DNA of 15,310 bases. It comes from Myxococcales bacterium (lineage in GTDB: Bacteria > Myxococcota_A > UBA9042). The notes beneath the pieces were generated by a model. It searched no databases and was not told the DNA's origin. It saw only the letters and a program-made list of their open reading frames with translations. Made by a program: the position numbers and the translations under genes. Location of the stretch: the NCBI GenBank assembly GCA_037441385.1, contig JBBISH010000138.1:1-15310 (forward strand). Reading direction: 5' to 3'. This document shows positions 14,725 to 15,310 of the stretch, in pieces (the stretch's first letter is position 1; the number at the start of each line of letters is the position of its first letter).

Positions 14725-15186
14725 GGCGGAGCGACGGCGGAACACGGACAAAGCGGCGTTAGGGGGAGCCCAGTGAATGAATTCACGGGCTATCATGACG
14801 CCGCCCCTCTACAGGGGCGTCGCCGACCCGCGTTTTGGCGACATTCTGGTTAGCTGCCCGACCCCAGCTGTGCCTCCAACCGCGCCACCTGGGTCTTCAG
14901 TGCCGTCAGGGCGTCTTGCACCCGCTGCCGCTGGGCCCCGCGGAGCTTGCTCGCGTCGACCGTCGCCCACGCCTGCTCCCACGCCTGCAGGTCCTGGCTC
15001 GCCTTGACCAATTGCGTCACCAGCCGGCCGGGCTGGTAGCTCGCGGTTGTGACCTCGGCGGGCGGCGGCGGCGCCTGGGTGCCGGGCGTGCTCGGGTCGG
15101 TGTCGTAGTAGTGGCCGTCGCCGGCCCGGCTGATGGCGTCTTCCAGCTGCAGCACGGTCCAGCCCTGGCTCTTGGCGTCAAAGGCC
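14725..15186. repeat. ~460-bp direct repeat, copy 2
   Basis: Matches 10487-10947. Confidence 0.93.
14850..15186 (-). pseudogene. 5'-truncated paralog of the 10611-11321 gene
   Basis: AFDAKSQGWTVLQLEDAI..LEAQLGSGS is nearly identical to the C-half of the 10611-11321 product. Similarity stops abruptly at about 15186 and AT-richer sequence follows. Confidence 0.85.
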
Positions 15187-15310
15187 TGCCGTACCGTTTG
15201 CTTACTACGGAGTAGTAGGCTAGTTTTGGCGGTAGCGGCGTCACGCTGCATTGGCGATAAATATGTCTGGTGAAATCATTGCGCTCGGGCACGCGGTTTC
15301 TTGGTCTATC

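Noticed and set aside
15187..15310. IS terminal inverted repeat at the truncation point (GCTTAC, IS66-like; imperfect hairpin CTTACTAC-GGA-GTAGTAGG)
   Set aside because: The match is too short, its orientation does not fit an element extending rightwards, and no transposase or partner end is in the window.

Overview
High-GC window, probably from a Myxococcota-like bacterium (inferred from the Cys-rich repeat protein). It has three parts. (1) 1-3656, minus strand: the 5' part of a large secreted protein that the ORF track misses. It has a signal peptide, a choice-of-anchor-L-like domain, about 15 myxobacterial Cys-rich (DUF4215-type) repeats and two inserted beta-sandwich modules. (2) 4969-8783, minus strand: a tight three-gene operon encoding a radical SAM/SPASM enzyme, a 172-aa Asp-rich protein with a Tat/lipoprotein-like leader and six Q-[AIV]-C-L repeats, and a cobalamin-binding radical SAM enzyme fused to a protein-L-isoaspartate O-methyltransferase (PIMT) domain. 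A convergent hypothetical gene overlaps its 3' end. This is the best candidate for an undescribed system: a multi-core RiPP-like or modified-lipoprotein pathway. (3) About 9.0-15.3 kb: a decaying toxin-antitoxin island. It holds three MNT nucleotidyltransferases whose HEPN partners all look broken, an intact AbiEi/AbiEii pair, a ~460-bp direct duplication and several REP-like hairpin families. All family assignments come from motif recognition by eye; no searches were run.
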